This document shows, one piece after another, positions 8,438 through 19,788 of a DNA stretch of 64,000 nt (positions within the stretch are counted from its first letter, which is position 1; each line of letters begins with the position of its first letter). The notes beneath the pieces were generated by a model, which saw only the letters and a program-made list of their open reading frames with translations, ran no database searches and was not told the origin of the DNA. The stretch lies in the NCBI GenBank assembly GCA_048268245.1, contig JBLWVX010000001.1:138327-202326 (forward strand). Direction: 5' to 3'. This stretch comes from Arcobacteraceae bacterium. GTDB lineage: Bacteria > Campylobacterota > Campylobacteria > Campylobacterales > Arcobacteraceae. The position numbers were made by a program, and so were the translations under genes.

Positions 8438-10150
8438 ATGATTGATGTACAAAAAGAAATAGAAAAAAAGTTTCCAAATATAAATAAAAAACAGAACTTT
8501 TTGAAAAAGTCTTTATTTAAAATAGCTAGAAAGATAGTACATGAAGACTCTATAAACCAATTTTTATCACAAAATTCCCACTTAAAAGGTTTTGAGTTTG
8601 TAGATGCTGTTTTAGACTATTTTGACTTTGACTATACTGTTTCAAGTAATGACTTGCAAAATATTCCTAGTTCAGGAAAAGTTGTGATTATTGCGAACCA
8701 TCCTTTAGGTGGCTTAGATGCTTTATGTTTACTTAGATTAATCTCACAAGTAAGAAAAGATGTAAAAATTGTAGCAAATGATTTTCTAGTTGGATTTGAA
8801 GCTTTAAACTCACTTTTGATTCCAATAGATAACTATAAAATTAGACAATCAAAAAAAGATATTAAAAATATCTATGAAGCACTAAACAATGAGGAAGCAA
8901 TTATTATCTTCCCAGCAGGTGAAGTAAGCCGAGCTACTTCAAAAGGAATAAAAGATCCCGTTTGGAATAAAGGTTTTTTAAACTTTGCACAAAATACAGG
9001 AGCTTCTATACTTCCTATATATTTAGATGCAAAGAATTCTAAGACTTTTTATACAGTATCTGTTTTAAATAAAACCTTTTCAACATTACTTTTATCAAAT
9101 GAAATGTTTAAAAAGAAATCAAAAAGAATTAATATTAAAATTGGAGAGATTATTCCAAATGAGAATATCTTACCAAAAGGTATAAATAAAAAGTTTTTAG
9201 TAAACATTTATAGAAAACATTTATATGCATTAAAAAAAGGAAAAAAATCTTTTTTTCAAACACAATCAGCAATTGCCCATCCACAAAGAAGAGCAGATAT
9301 ATTATCAGAGCTTAAAAATTCACAATTAATTGGTGAAACAAAAGATGGTAAAGAAATATATCTTTATGATTATACAGAAGACTCTGTAGTACTAAAAGAA
9401 CTTGGAAGATTAAGAGAAATATCTTTTAGAAAAGTTGGTGAGGGTATCAATAAAAAAAGAGATACAGACAAGTTTGACATATATTATCAACACATTATTT
9501 TATGGGATAAAAATGATTTAGAAATAGTTGGCTCTTATAGAATTGGCAATTCTGATTTTATCTATAAAAATATTGGAGTTAAAGGTTTTTATTCAAACAA
9601 ACTATTTGATTTTAATGAAGATATGACTCCTTATTTAAAAAATTCACTTGAACTCGGAAGAAGTTTTGTTCAGCCTAAATATTGGGGGACAAGAGCTTTA
9701 GATTACCTATGGTATGGAATTGGAGCTTATCTTAAGAAAAACCCACATATAAAATATATGTTTGGACCTGTATCAATGAGTGCATCTTTTCCAAAAGCTG
9801 CAAAAGATATGATGGTTTATTACTATTCCCATTACTTTAAAACAAAAGCCAATTTAGTAACTGCTAAAACTCCGTACCAATATGCAAATAGTATAAATGA
9901 AGTAAAAGAAATTTTTAACCTAGAAGATAAAAAAGCAGATTTCAAATTTTTAAAATCAACACTTTCAAATATGAACTGTGCTGTACCAACACTTTATAAA
10001 CAGTATTCAGATATTACAGAAGAGGGTGGTGTTAAATTTTGTGATTTCAATATTGACCCTGAGTTTGCAGATTGTGTAGATGGATTTATCTTAGTTGAAG
10101 TTGACAAGATAAAAGAAAGCGCTAGAAAAAGATATATAGATAAGGATTAG
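8438..10150 (+). CDS. olsF: Bifunctional acyltransferase (PlsC-like + GNAT/OlsB-like), probable ornithine lipid synthase
   Basis: N-terminal NHPLGGLD (HX4D) and FPAGEVS; C-terminal GRLREISFRKVGEG, D.FD..Y.H, ELGRSFV, LW.GIG. Confidence 0.75.
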   Translation: MIDVQKEIEKKFPNINKKQNFLKKSLFKIARKIVHEDSINQFLSQNSHLKGFEFVDAVLDYFDFDYTVSSNDLQNIPSSGKVVIIANHPLGGLDALCLLRLISQVRKDVKIVANDFLVGFEALNSLLIPIDNYKIRQSKKDIKNIYEALNNEEAIIIFPAGEVSRATSKGIKDPVWNKGFLNFAQNTGASILPIYLDAKNSKTFYTVSVLNKTFSTLLLSNEMFKKKSKRINIKIGEIIPNENILPKGINKKFLVNIYRKHLYALKKGKKSFFQTQSAIAHPQRRADILSELKNSQLIGETKDGKEIYLYDYTEDSVVLKELGRLREISFRKVGEGINKKRDTDKFDIYYQHIILWDKNDLEIVGSYRIGNSDFIYKNIGVKGFYSNKLFDFNEDMTPYLKNSLELGRSFVQPKYWGTRALDYLWYGIGAYLKKNPHIKYMFGPVSMSASFPKAAKDMMVYYYSHYFKTKANLVTAKTPYQYANSINEVKEIFNLEDKKADFKFLKSTLSNMNCAVPTLYKQYSDITEEGGVKFCDFNIDPEFADCVDGFILVEVDKIKESARKRYIDKD

Positions 10151-10164
10151 TCCTTATCTATATA
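10133..10164. terminator. Bidirectional terminator hairpin
   Basis: TATATAGATAAGGA / TCCTTATCTATATA 14-bp inverted repeat between convergent genes. Confidence 0.7.
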
Positions 10165-10167
10165 AAA

Positions 10168-11784
10168 TTAATCCAATCTACAATACATAACTTCATCAAC
10201 AACTGATTTAGCTATTTGATCAGTTTCTACAATAATATGCTCTAAGTGTAAACCTTCAAGTAGTTTTTTATCTTGTTCACTTGTAACAGTTATAATAGTT
10301 TTCGCATTATGAGTTAACTCATCTACAGCATGACATATAAGCTGCAAGGCTTCTGGGTTATTAACAGCAACAATAACAGCTGAAGCTTTTTTAATATTTA
10401 CAGAGTTTAAGATGTGTCTATGAGCAGCATTTCCAAATACAATTGGCTCACCTCTTTGCTCACCTAACTGATAAAACTTCATATTATGCTCAATTACAAC
10501 ATAATCTTGTCCTAACATTTTTAATTCTTTTACAATTGATTGTCCAAATCTTCCATATCCAAGAACTACAACGTGATTTTTCTTATCTTCATCTACATGG
10601 TGAGTAGAGTTAATCATCATAACATCATCAGGTACAAGTTTAGCTGCAGCTCTTGATAAATTCTTTAGAATAATTGGTGTTAAAACCATAGATATTACAA
10701 TAGTAACAATTAACACTTGAGAATATGTAGGATCTATTAAATCTTTACTTCTTGCAAGTTCTAAGATTGCAAGTGAAAACTCACCAATTTGAATTAAAGA
10801 TAATGCTGTTTTAAATGCAACTCTTTTATTATCTTCAAACTTTACAATTGTATAAATAATTGCATACTTTACTCCCATTAAAAGAGGAAGTAAAAGAAGA
10901 ATTATCCAAATATACTCAGCAATAACTGTAAAGTTAATTTGCATACCAACTGTAATAAAGAATACACCTAATAAAATATTTCTAAATGGTATTAAATCAG
11001 CTTCAACTTGATGTTTAAATTTTGTCTCACTAATCATCATACCTGCAACAAATGCCCCAAGAGAATATGTAAACCCAAAATAGTGAGCCATATAAGATGA
11101 ACCAATTGCAAGTAAAAGTACTGAACCTACAAAAAGTTCATCAGTTTTAGTTTTAGAAACAATTGTTAAGAATGGTTCAAGTAAATACTTTCCTGAAACA
11201 TAAAGTAATGTTAATAAAATAAACGCAGCAACTAATGTCTCAAATATCATATAACCTACACTTTTATCATCTCCCATAGTAAAGAAAGAAATCATTAAAA
11301 GAATAGGAATTACAGCGATATCTTGCATAATTAAAATACCTAAAACTCTTCTACCATGAGGTCTATTTATTTCTTTTGTTTCATTAAAAGTTTTAAGTAC
11401 AATGGCTGTTGAGGACAAGGCAAGTGCAGCACCTATAATAACAGATGTTTCAGTTGGAAGTCCAATTGCAAAATAACATACTAAAAATACAAAGGTAGCA
11501 GTAACTAAAATTTGTAAACTACCTGTTACAAATACTTCCCTTTTCATCTTTTTTAGATGCTCTATGGAAAACTCTAATCCAATAGTAAACATTAAAAAAA
11601 CAACACCAAATTCAGCTATTTCTTTTAATGTATAGTTATTTACAGCATCATGTAATTCAAAAGCATATGCTATAATTGTTCCTGTAAAAATATACCCAAT
11701 AATAGTAGGTAAGTGAAACTTTTTTAGGATTAAATTTACAATTAATGCAATTGCAATTGTTGAGACAATAATCCCTAACATCAA
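10168..11784 (-). CDS. Cation:proton antiporter (CPA2/Kef family) with TrkA-N domain
   Basis: AEFGVVFLMFTIGLE, ALSSTAIVLK, QD, QIGEFS; C-terminal GYGRFG. Confidence 0.9.
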   Translation of the reverse strand: MMLGIIVSTIAIALIVNLILKKFHLPTIIGYIFTGTIIAYAFELHDAVNNYTLKEIAEFGVVFLMFTIGLEFSIEHLKKMKREVFVTGSLQILVTATFVFLVCYFAIGLPTETSVIIGAALALSSTAIVLKTFNETKEINRPHGRRVLGILIMQDIAVIPILLMISFFTMGDDKSVGYMIFETLVAAFILLTLLYVSGKYLLEPFLTIVSKTKTDELFVGSVLLLAIGSSYMAHYFGFTYSLGAFVAGMMISETKFKHQVEADLIPFRNILLGVFFITVGMQINFTVIAEYIWIILLLLPLLMGVKYAIIYTIVKFEDNKRVAFKTALSLIQIGEFSLAILELARSKDLIDPTYSQVLIVTIVISMVLTPIILKNLSRAAAKLVPDDVMMINSTHHVDEDKKNHVVVLGYGRFGQSIVKELKMLGQDYVVIEHNMKFYQLGEQRGEPIVFGNAAHRHILNSVNIKKASAVIVAVNNPEALQLICHAVDELTHNAKTIITVTSEQDKKLLEGLHLEHIIVETDQIAKSVVDEVMYCRLD

Positions 11785-11793
11785 TATTCTCCT

Positions 11794-13908
11794 TTATTTA
11801 TAGTGCATCTGCTTATAGCCTTCAAGCCTTTTTTTGTAAGCAGAGTTTAGCATGGGGTTTTTTGAATCTAAAAAATCAATAGCTAAACACTCTTGATTTC
11901 CTCGACCAATTCTTCCTAAATATTGGACAAGTCTACCATAATATGAAATTGGTGTAGCAAACATTATCGTATTTAGGTGAGGAAAATCTATTCCCTCTCC
12001 AAAATAAGAAGTTGTTGCTAAAATTAAAGATGATTCTCTAACCTTATTCATATTTTCAACTTGCTCTTTTTTATTCATACTTCCATGAATACTCACATAC
12101 TCTATTTTTTCTTCAAATAAAAGATTTTCCAAAATATTTATATGCTCAATTCTATCTGTTAGAATTAAAATCTTTCTAGATATATTATCTTTTATTTGCT
12201 GAATTATTAAGTTATTTCTAGCTTCATCAATACAAAGTTCATTAATTATAGTTGCATAATTATCAGCTTCACTTGTAAATTCAGTTCTTATTATCTTTAG
12301 CTTATTAGTATGAGTTCTTTTCTTTTTATACTCATATGCAACTTCACCTAATTGTTGAAATAAAATAGGTTGTAATCCATCTTTTCTATTTGGAGTTGCA
12401 CTTAAACCTAGAATATATTTTCCCTTGAAATTTTTAATAATTTGCTCAAAAGTAACTGCTGGAATATGATGGCATTCATCAACTATCACAAAAGAGTATT
12501 TGTTGATAATCTCAGGAGCATTTTTTAAACTTTGCATTGTTGCAATATCAATTATTCCATTTAATTTATTTTTTCCTTTACCTAAGTAACCTACATCTTT
12601 TTTATTGTAATCAAAGTAATCAACAAATCTTTCAATCCACTGGTTTAAAAGCATATTTTTATTTACAACTATCATTGTACTAACAGCTCTTTGTTCAAAC
12701 ATCTTAGCACCAATCAATGTTTTCCCAAAACCAGGAGGAGCTACACAAATAGAAAAATCTGTTTTTAAAATCTGTTTTATTGCTTCATCTTGTTCAGGTC
12801 TTAAAGTAAATTTCACTTTTTTTGTATGTATTTGCTCAAAGTGTCTTTTATCATCAATGGTAAACTTAACACCATTTTCATTAAAAAAATCACATACTTT
12901 TGTTTTAAGCCCTCTTGGAAGCATAAGATGATTCTCATCTTCTTCAAAACCTTGAATAACCCTTGGAGTATTATATAAGGGCTTTCTAAGACTTAATAAG
13001 ACTTTGATTTGAGGGTTCTCAAAAGAAGCAAAGGATTTAAGCTTATTTATTAATGACTTTGATAAATTTGCAGTTGGAATATAAATAAAATCAAATAAAA
13101 CCATCTCTATCATATCAAGTGGAAAATCAATATTTCCAAAATCTTTTTCATCATTTGCAGAACTGCTTACTTGAGAAAACTTATAAATAGTCTCTTTATT
13201 TATTTTTGAGACATTATTTAAAACCATCCATTGGTCTTCATAAATCTTATTTGTATTAGTATCAATAAAAACAGTTTTATTCTTTTTTCTATAATTTAAA
13301 TGTAGTGGTAACTCTATACTATTTCCAAGACTAGCTTTTGTAGCAAACTCTTTATTTGGATAAAGTTTTGCAGAAATATTTGCTTTTTTCATTACAAACT
13401 TACCAAAATTGTGTACTATTTTAGAACTAACTGGCTCCTCAAAAAAAATCCATGCAATTAAACTATTATAAGAGTTCAACTCATAATATGCTCTAATATT
13501 TAAAGAGTTTAAAGCAATTTGCAATTTAAATTTATCTTCATCAAGTATTTCAAAAGCTATAAATTTTGAATTATTATTTGAGTCAATACAATAAGTTGCT
13601 AAGTGAACTAAACCTCTTAAATGTGACTCTATGTCATGATTTGTAATAGGAAGGAAATCTTCCCCTTTGAAAGTTTGAGTTACAGGATAAAAGCCTTGTT
13701 TATTTCCATCTTTACTAATCCATTTTTTTGCATAAATATCACTTCTTGCAAGAAATAGAGATTTAAAAATCTCTATCTTTTCATCTTTTGTAAAGTTTTT
13801 CTTTAACTTAGCTTCTTCTTGTATTTGAAACTCTAAGGCTTTAATCTCCTCTTCTATTTGTTTCTTTTGAGAATAAAGTGCTTCTAGTTTTATCTTAAGA
13901 TTTTTCAT
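11794..13908 (-). CDS. SF2 DEAD/DEAH helicase with degenerate N-terminal AEP (TOTE-type) primase-like domain
   Basis: APPGFGKT, DECHH, LSATP, GEGID, QYLGRIGR; likely start ATG 13908 overlapping the bactofilin end. Confidence 0.8.
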   Translation of the reverse strand: MKNLKIKLEALYSQKKQIEEEIKALEFQIQEEAKLKKNFTKDEKIEIFKSLFLARSDIYAKKWISKDGNKQGFYPVTQTFKGEDFLPITNHDIESHLRGLVHLATYCIDSNNNSKFIAFEILDEDKFKLQIALNSLNIRAYYELNSYNSLIAWIFFEEPVSSKIVHNFGKFVMKKANISAKLYPNKEFATKASLGNSIELPLHLNYRKKNKTVFIDTNTNKIYEDQWMVLNNVSKINKETIYKFSQVSSSANDEKDFGNIDFPLDMIEMVLFDFIYIPTANLSKSLINKLKSFASFENPQIKVLLSLRKPLYNTPRVIQGFEEDENHLMLPRGLKTKVCDFFNENGVKFTIDDKRHFEQIHTKKVKFTLRPEQDEAIKQILKTDFSICVAPPGFGKTLIGAKMFEQRAVSTMIVVNKNMLLNQWIERFVDYFDYNKKDVGYLGKGKNKLNGIIDIATMQSLKNAPEIINKYSFVIVDECHHIPAVTFEQIIKNFKGKYILGLSATPNRKDGLQPILFQQLGEVAYEYKKKRTHTNKLKIIRTEFTSEADNYATIINELCIDEARNNLIIQQIKDNISRKILILTDRIEHINILENLLFEEKIEYVSIHGSMNKKEQVENMNKVRESSLILATTSYFGEGIDFPHLNTIMFATPISYYGRLVQYLGRIGRGNQECLAIDFLDSKNPMLNSAYKKRLEGYKQMHYK

Positions 13909-14332
13909 GAGCAATTGCGGATGGACCAACTACAATATTATTGATTTTTTGTTCAATCTCATTATATCTACTTTTTAGCTCAGAATTTTTTCGAATTCCT
14001 CTTCCTTCAAATTTTCCCTTAGGGTCAATTATAAGTTCGTTATATCGCATTTCACCTATAACTCTACCCTCTTCTAAAATCTGAACTTCATTACAATCAA
14101 TTTTACCATCAAAAAGGCCATTTACTACTAGATTATTAGCTTTTATATCGCCAATAACCTCACCTTCTGTTCCAATTGATATAACATCAGCTTCTAAAAT
14201 AACACCTTCAAACTTTCCATCAATATGTACAGTACCTTTTGTACTAATACCACCTATTATACAAGTGCCTGCAGCAACTACTGTTGCTCCATTTGATGTT
14301 GATCTCTTATTAGACTTATTAAAGACTCCCAT
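13895..14332 (-). CDS. Bactofilin (CcmA-like polymer-forming cytoskeletal protein)
   Basis: Beta-helix repeats IDGKFEG, VIGDIKA, GRVIGEM; follows an M23 peptidase as in Campylobacterota cell-shape loci. Confidence 0.9.
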   Translation of the reverse strand: MGVFNKSNKRSTSNGATVVAAGTCIIGGISTKGTVHIDGKFEGVILEADVISIGTEGEVIGDIKANNLVVNGLFDGKIDCNEVQILEEGRVIGEMRYNELIIDPKGKFEGRGIRKNSELKSRYNEIEQKINNIVVGPSAIAHEKS

Positions 14333-15180
14333 TGCACTCTCCTCTCATTTTTAAAGATGTAATCATAATTGTTTAAGTTCCATTTGATAAACTTTTTCGG
14401 ATTTAAAACTTTGTTCGCATATCTTACTTCATAGTGTAAGTGAGGTCCCGAACTTCGACCTGAGTTTCCACTAAGACCAACAATTTCACCTTTTTTTACA
14501 ACTTGACCTACTTTAACCATAGTTTTATTTAAATGAGCAAATACCGTTTTAAAGCCAAAGTTATGACTTATTCTAATAACTCTACCATAAGAGCCTATAT
14601 TTCTTGATTGTACATATTCTATAACACCATCAGCAGTAGCTCTAACTGGTGTTTTTTTATTTGCTGGTATATCTAAACCTCTATGAAATTGCCTTTTTTT
14701 AGTTATTGGATGAATTCGATAACCAAAACCCGAAGAAGTTGTAATTTTATCTAAAGGTTTTCCATTTGGAATAACTCTTAAAGTATATCTTTTTTTATTG
14801 ATATTCATAGCTTCAAGAGTTTTTTTAGTAATCTCTTCTGTTGTAGCATCTTTATCAACACCAATGATAGTATGAATTTCATCAAGTTTTGAACTTAACT
14901 CATCAATATCTTTTATTTTACTTTTTATTTGCATTGAATAAAATTTATTTTGAGCTACTAGTTTTTCCTCTTTTTGAATTAAAACTTTTAATTCATTTTC
15001 TTTATCTTTTCTAACTTCATCTACTTCATTGCTCAAATAAGATATAAAAGCAAAACTTCCTGCAATTATAACTAACACACCTATAATAACAAATAAAAGT
15101 ATTTTCTTTATAAACTGATGTAAATTATAGGACTTTGTACCTTTTATATCTGAAACAGTAATTATTAATCTATTTTTCAT
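14278..15180 (-). CDS. M23 family peptidoglycan endopeptidase (Csd1-like)
   Basis: HRGLD and GPHLHYEV zinc motifs; N-terminal TM segment and coiled coil. Confidence 0.9.
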   Translation of the reverse strand: MKNRLIITVSDIKGTKSYNLHQFIKKILLFVIIGVLVIIAGSFAFISYLSNEVDEVRKDKENELKVLIQKEEKLVAQNKFYSMQIKSKIKDIDELSSKLDEIHTIIGVDKDATTEEITKKTLEAMNINKKRYTLRVIPNGKPLDKITTSSGFGYRIHPITKKRQFHRGLDIPANKKTPVRATADGVIEYVQSRNIGSYGRVIRISHNFGFKTVFAHLNKTMVKVGQVVKKGEIVGLSGNSGRSSGPHLHYEVRYANKVLNPKKFIKWNLNNYDYIFKNERRVQWESLISLIRDQHQMEQQ

Positions 15181-16339
15181 TAAAACCAATCATTGATAAA
15201 AATTTCTCTACAACTAAGAAAGAACCAAATACTAAATACTCTTCATTATCGTTTATTTCTATATTCGGAATAATTATTATATTTAAATCTTTTATAATTT
15301 TCAATAAGTTATTTTTTTCGACCATTCTATTATCATCAATATCTATTATAATTATTTTTTTAATTATAGGTTTTAAAATTTTTAAAACTTCTTCATAATC
15401 TTTATCAGCATAAGAATTATAGATTAAAGTGATTTTTTTATTTTTAAACTCTTCTTTTATAACCCTAGCTGCAAGGGGATTATGACCAACATCAACTGTA
15501 ATATTTGAAGCTACTTTTTGACATCTCCCAAAAAGTTTCACATCATCAAATAAAGATAAATCAATATCTATTTGTAACTCTTCTAAACACTTTATAACTA
15601 AATGTAAATTTCTTTTTAAATATGATGCGAAGCTCTCTTTTAAATTATATTTGTTGAATTCTTCAACAAACTCTATAGTTATATCTTTATTTCTTTCATC
15701 TTTTATTTGCTTTTTAACTTCAAAAGCGCTTTGTTTTACACTATCATGAATTTGATAACCAACTAGCATTTTAGTATCAACTGAACGCATTTTTGTAATA
15801 GCTATTTTCTCAACAGTATTACCTAAAAAACTTTGATGGTCTAAATCAATAGTAGTAATCAAAGATAAATCATTTGGCACTACATTTGTAGCATCAAACT
15901 CTCCTCCAAGTCCAGCTTCTAATACTAAATAATCCATATCTTTTGATAGATAAATAGCAAGTAATGTTGTATATTCAAAATAAGTAAGTTTTGAAAGCAG
16001 TTCTAAATCATATATTTCTTGTAAAAACCTATGAGCTTTAGTTAGTTCTTTATCACTTACATCACTTCCATTTATCCAAATTCGCTCATTAAACTTTATG
16101 ATATGAGGTGAGCTGTAATGTAGTGTTTTATAATTCTTTTTGTATAGATAGTGAGATAAAAACCTTCCTGTACTTCCTTTTCCATTTGTTCCTACAATAT
16201 GTATTACAAAAGGAAGTTTTATTTTTTGGCTTAAAATATCCCAAGAAGTTTTTACTGTACTAAAATCAATTTTGTCATAATAAAGAGTTTTGTATTTCAA
16301 AAACTCTTCAAGGTTAGCTTTTTTTAAATCTGTAGTCAT
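15170..16339 (-). CDS. folC: Folylpolyglutamate synthase/dihydrofolate synthase
   Basis: VGTNGKGST, SPH, ERI, LEAGLGG..DATNV, DVGHNP. Confidence 0.95.
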   Translation of the reverse strand: MTTDLKKANLEEFLKYKTLYYDKIDFSTVKTSWDILSQKIKLPFVIHIVGTNGKGSTGRFLSHYLYKKNYKTLHYSSPHIIKFNERIWINGSDVSDKELTKAHRFLQEIYDLELLSKLTYFEYTTLLAIYLSKDMDYLVLEAGLGGEFDATNVVPNDLSLITTIDLDHQSFLGNTVEKIAITKMRSVDTKMLVGYQIHDSVKQSAFEVKKQIKDERNKDITIEFVEEFNKYNLKESFASYLKRNLHLVIKCLEELQIDIDLSLFDDVKLFGRCQKVASNITVDVGHNPLAARVIKEEFKNKKITLIYNSYADKDYEEVLKILKPIIKKIIIIDIDDNRMVEKNNLLKIIKDLNIIIIPNIEINDNEEYLVFGSFLVVEKFLSMIGFNEK

Positions 16340-16344
16340 AAAAA

Positions 16345-16881
16345 CTACTTATCAAAAGAGTGTACTGCTAACTTTGATAAAAACTCATCTAAAGCATCAT
16401 TTGCAGCACTTTTAATAGCTTCAAATCTTTTTGTATCTGTAATAGTTGTACCATCATCAATAGAGAAGTTATGTTCCCCTTCTAAAGAAATGTTTTTTAC
16501 TTGTTCATTTACTTTATTGTATTGAATATTAAGTGTAACAAGGGCTCTATAAAGCTTGTTGTACCCTTCTTTATCATACTGTAACTCTTGCATATTAACT
16601 GAACCAATTTTTATTTTCATAATAGTATCAGCTAAAGCTTCATCATAAACTAAATTTGTATTTAACTTTTGAAGTAATACTTGATTTAGAGAATCTTTGA
16701 TAATTACAGCATTTCTAGGGTCTTTTAAATCTACAAATAACTTTACAAAAACCTTTTGACCTAACTCTTTTTTAGCATAATATGTTGAGGGTTTGTATCC
16801 ACATCCATTTAAAATAAAAGATGTTGATAATAAAGTGAAAAGTACGAATAGTACTTTCCTTACATTATTCATACTTTTCAT
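16345..16881 (-). CDS. lptE: LPS assembly lipoprotein LptE
   Basis: Lipobox LNGCGY; position directly after leuS. Confidence 0.8.
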   Translation of the reverse strand: MKSMNNVRKVLFVLFTLLSTSFILNGCGYKPSTYYAKKELGQKVFVKLFVDLKDPRNAVIIKDSLNQVLLQKLNTNLVYDEALADTIMKIKIGSVNMQELQYDKEGYNKLYRALVTLNIQYNKVNEQVKNISLEGEHNFSIDDGTTITDTKRFEAIKSAANDALDEFLSKLAVHSFDK

Positions 16882-16887
16882 TATTCT

Positions 16888-19353
16888 TTATCCCTTTATA
16901 ACTAAGTTTACTAATTTATTTGGTACTACAATCTCTTTGATTATATCTTTACCTTCAAGCCATTTAGAAGCAACTTCTTTTGCTTGAGCTAAGATATCCT
17001 CTTTTGAAGTATCAGGTGTTACTTCAATTTCTGCTCTTTTCTTACCATTGATTGTAACAGCAAGTGCAATAGAATCTAAAGCAAATACTTCTTCTTTTAC
17101 TTCTAAAGAGTTATTGAAGTTTTCTCTTTTAAATAAGCCGTTTGCTAAATCCCAACAAGCATGAGGGATAACAGGCTCTAAAATATTTGTAAGAATATAA
17201 TATCCTTCTGCCCATACAGCTTCATTTTTTTGTGCTTGAAGTGCATTCATAGCTTCCATTGAAGCTGCAATTAAAGTATTGAAAGCATAAGTTTTTTCAA
17301 ATACATCATTTGATTTTTGAAGTGCCTCATATACTTTTCTTCTAGCTTCTTTTTCTTCTTTTGATAAAGATGAGTGGTCAATATTTTTAAACTCTTCAAT
17401 ACCTTTAGCAGTTACATTAGAAGCTCTTTCATAGAACTTTTTGATAAATTTGAAAGAACCTTCAACAGCAGAATCATTCCACTCAAGCTCTTTTGTAGGA
17501 GGTGCAGCAAATAAAATAAACATTCTAGCTGTATCAGCTCCATATTTTTCTACAATTAAATCAGGATCTACTACATTACCTTTAGATTTTGACATTTTAG
17601 CACCATCTTTAAGTACCATACCTTGAGTAAGTAATCTTTTAAATGGTTCTCTTGAGTTTGTAAATCCTAAATCATTTAATACTTTTGTAAAGAATCTTGC
17701 ATATAAAAGGTGTAAAATTGCATGTTCAATTCCACCAATATACTGATCAACATCCATCCAATAATCAGAATCAGCTTTAGAAATACCTTCTTCATTCCAT
17801 GATTTTGGATTTGTTGCATATCTTAAGAAATACCAAGAAGATTGTACAAATGTATCTAAAGTATCAGTTTCTCTTACTGCTGGTTTTCCACAACAAGGAC
17901 AAGTTGTATGTTTCCACGTTGGATGTGTATCAAGTGGGTTTCCTTCACCTGTAATTTCAACATCTTCAGGTAAAGCAATTGGTAAGTTTTCTGATTTTTC
18001 AGGAACTAATCCACAGTCATCACAGTGAACAAAAGGAATTGGTGCTCCCCAATATCTCTGTCTTGAAACTCCCCAATCTCTAAGTTTATAATTTACTTTT
18101 TTACTACCAATTGAGTTTTGTTCAAAGTGGTAAATAATAGCTTTTTTAGCTTTTGTATTTTTAAGACCTGTAAAGCTTTCAGAATTTATAAGTTCACCCT
18201 CACCTGTAAAGGCTTCTGATGGTTTTTCAATAAGACCTTCACTTCCTATAATAACTTGTTTGATAGGTAAGTCATACTGACTTGCAAACTCAAAGTCTCT
18301 TTGGTCATGAGCTGGTACTGCCATAACTGCACCACCACCATAAGAAGCTAATACAAAGTTAGCAACCCATACAGGAATATTTTCACCTGTTAATGGATGA
18401 ATTACATCTATCTCTAAAGAAACACCTTCTTTATCTTGAGTAGCTCTATCTCTTTCACTTACTTTTTGCATTGCTTTAATAGCATTGATTTTATTATCAG
18501 GAAGTAATTTATTGTCAACTATATATTTTACAATTGGGTGTTCAGGTGCTAAAGCTGAGTATGAAACTCCGTAAATAGTATCTGGTCTAGTTGTAAATAC
18601 AGAGTATTTTTTAAATTGTCTATCAAGTTTATATCTAGAATCTTTTGATAGTTCAAATTCAAACTCTAAACCTTCACTTCTACCAATCCAGTTTTCTTGC
18701 ATAGTTAAAACTTGAGAAGGCCAAGTATCTTCTAAAGAAGATAAATCATCAAGTAACTCTTGAGCATATTTAGTAATACCTACATAATATCCAGGCATCT
18801 CTTTTTGAACAACTTCAGTTCCACATCTCCAACAACAACCCTCTTCTAGTTGTTCATTTGCCAGAACTGTTAAGTCATGAGGACACCAGTTTACTGTAGT
18901 AGACTTTCTATATAAAAGTCCTTCTTCAAACATCTTGATAATAAACTCTTGTTCCCATCTTGTGTATAATTCATCAGATGTAGCAAACTCTCTTGTTTCA
19001 CTAAAAGATAATCCAAGTGCTCTAAGTTCATCTCTCATGTAATCAATATTTTCATAAGTCCATTTCTTTGGGTGAAGCTTATGTTTAATAGCTGCATTTT
19101 CTGCTGGCATACCAAAACTATCCCATCCAATTGGATGTAAAACATTATAGTTTTCTTTTCTGTAAAATCTAGCAAATGCATCACCTAGACAGTAATTTCT
19201 TACGTGTCCCATGTGGATTCTACCACTTGGGTATGGAAACATACTTAAGATATATTTTTTGTCTTTTGTTTGCTCATCACTTGGTTCAAATGATTTATTT
19301 TCTGACCAAAAATTTTGCCACTTTTGCTCTACTTGTTTTGAATTATACTCCAT
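16888..19353 (-). CDS. leuS: Leucine--tRNA ligase
   Basis: MFPYPSG.IHMGH and KMSKS motifs. Confidence 0.98.
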   Translation of the reverse strand: MEYNSKQVEQKWQNFWSENKSFEPSDEQTKDKKYILSMFPYPSGRIHMGHVRNYCLGDAFARFYRKENYNVLHPIGWDSFGMPAENAAIKHKLHPKKWTYENIDYMRDELRALGLSFSETREFATSDELYTRWEQEFIIKMFEEGLLYRKSTTVNWCPHDLTVLANEQLEEGCCWRCGTEVVQKEMPGYYVGITKYAQELLDDLSSLEDTWPSQVLTMQENWIGRSEGLEFEFELSKDSRYKLDRQFKKYSVFTTRPDTIYGVSYSALAPEHPIVKYIVDNKLLPDNKINAIKAMQKVSERDRATQDKEGVSLEIDVIHPLTGENIPVWVANFVLASYGGGAVMAVPAHDQRDFEFASQYDLPIKQVIIGSEGLIEKPSEAFTGEGELINSESFTGLKNTKAKKAIIYHFEQNSIGSKKVNYKLRDWGVSRQRYWGAPIPFVHCDDCGLVPEKSENLPIALPEDVEITGEGNPLDTHPTWKHTTCPCCGKPAVRETDTLDTFVQSSWYFLRYATNPKSWNEEGISKADSDYWMDVDQYIGGIEHAILHLLYARFFTKVLNDLGFTNSREPFKRLLTQGMVLKDGAKMSKSKGNVVDPDLIVEKYGADTARMFILFAAPPTKELEWNDSAVEGSFKFIKKFYERASNVTAKGIEEFKNIDHSSLSKEEKEARRKVYEALQKSNDVFEKTYAFNTLIAASMEAMNALQAQKNEAVWAEGYYILTNILEPVIPHACWDLANGLFKRENFNNSLEVKEEVFALDSIALAVTINGKKRAEIEVTPDTSKEDILAQAKEVASKWLEGKDIIKEIVVPNKLVNLVIKG

Positions 19354-19697
19354 TAAAAGTCGTCCTTCTCTTGAATTTTTGCACTCTCAATTAAAGCTAA
19401 AGCTATTGAGAAAACATTTGCTACTACTGCACCAATTGCAAGTGAAATAGCAAGTGGTAAGTCGTGCATGAAAGTTAATACCATAAATGCTGGAATTAGG
19501 TGTAAGTCAGCAACTAATGAACTTGCCAACAACTCTGCTGCAAGTAGATTTCTAACCCCAATTTTTAGAATCGTTGATATTACATTTACTCCTGCTGCTA
19601 TGAATAATGCAATTGCATTTGGCTCATATAAGAAGCCAGCAGTTGTAGTAAGTGACATTAGTGAAAAGAAAATATAAGTTACTTTACCCCAATCCAT
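19353..19697 (-). CDS. Conserved Campylobacterota membrane protein (DUF6394-like)
   Basis: MDWGKV...[17 protein letters not shown]; coupled to leuS. Confidence 0.75.
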   Translation of the reverse strand: MDWGKVTYIFFSLMSLTTTAGFLYEPNAIALFIAAGVNVISTILKIGVRNLLAAELLASSLVADLHLIPAFMVLTFMHDLPLAISLAIGAVVANVFSIALALIESAKIQEKDDF

Positions 19698-19788
19698 TTT
19701 TATCCTTTTATAGTTTCTACTATTTTAATTTTAAGCAAATATAGTATCTAAAAAAAGGTAAAAAATGGCTTTGGTAAAGCTTTTTAAG

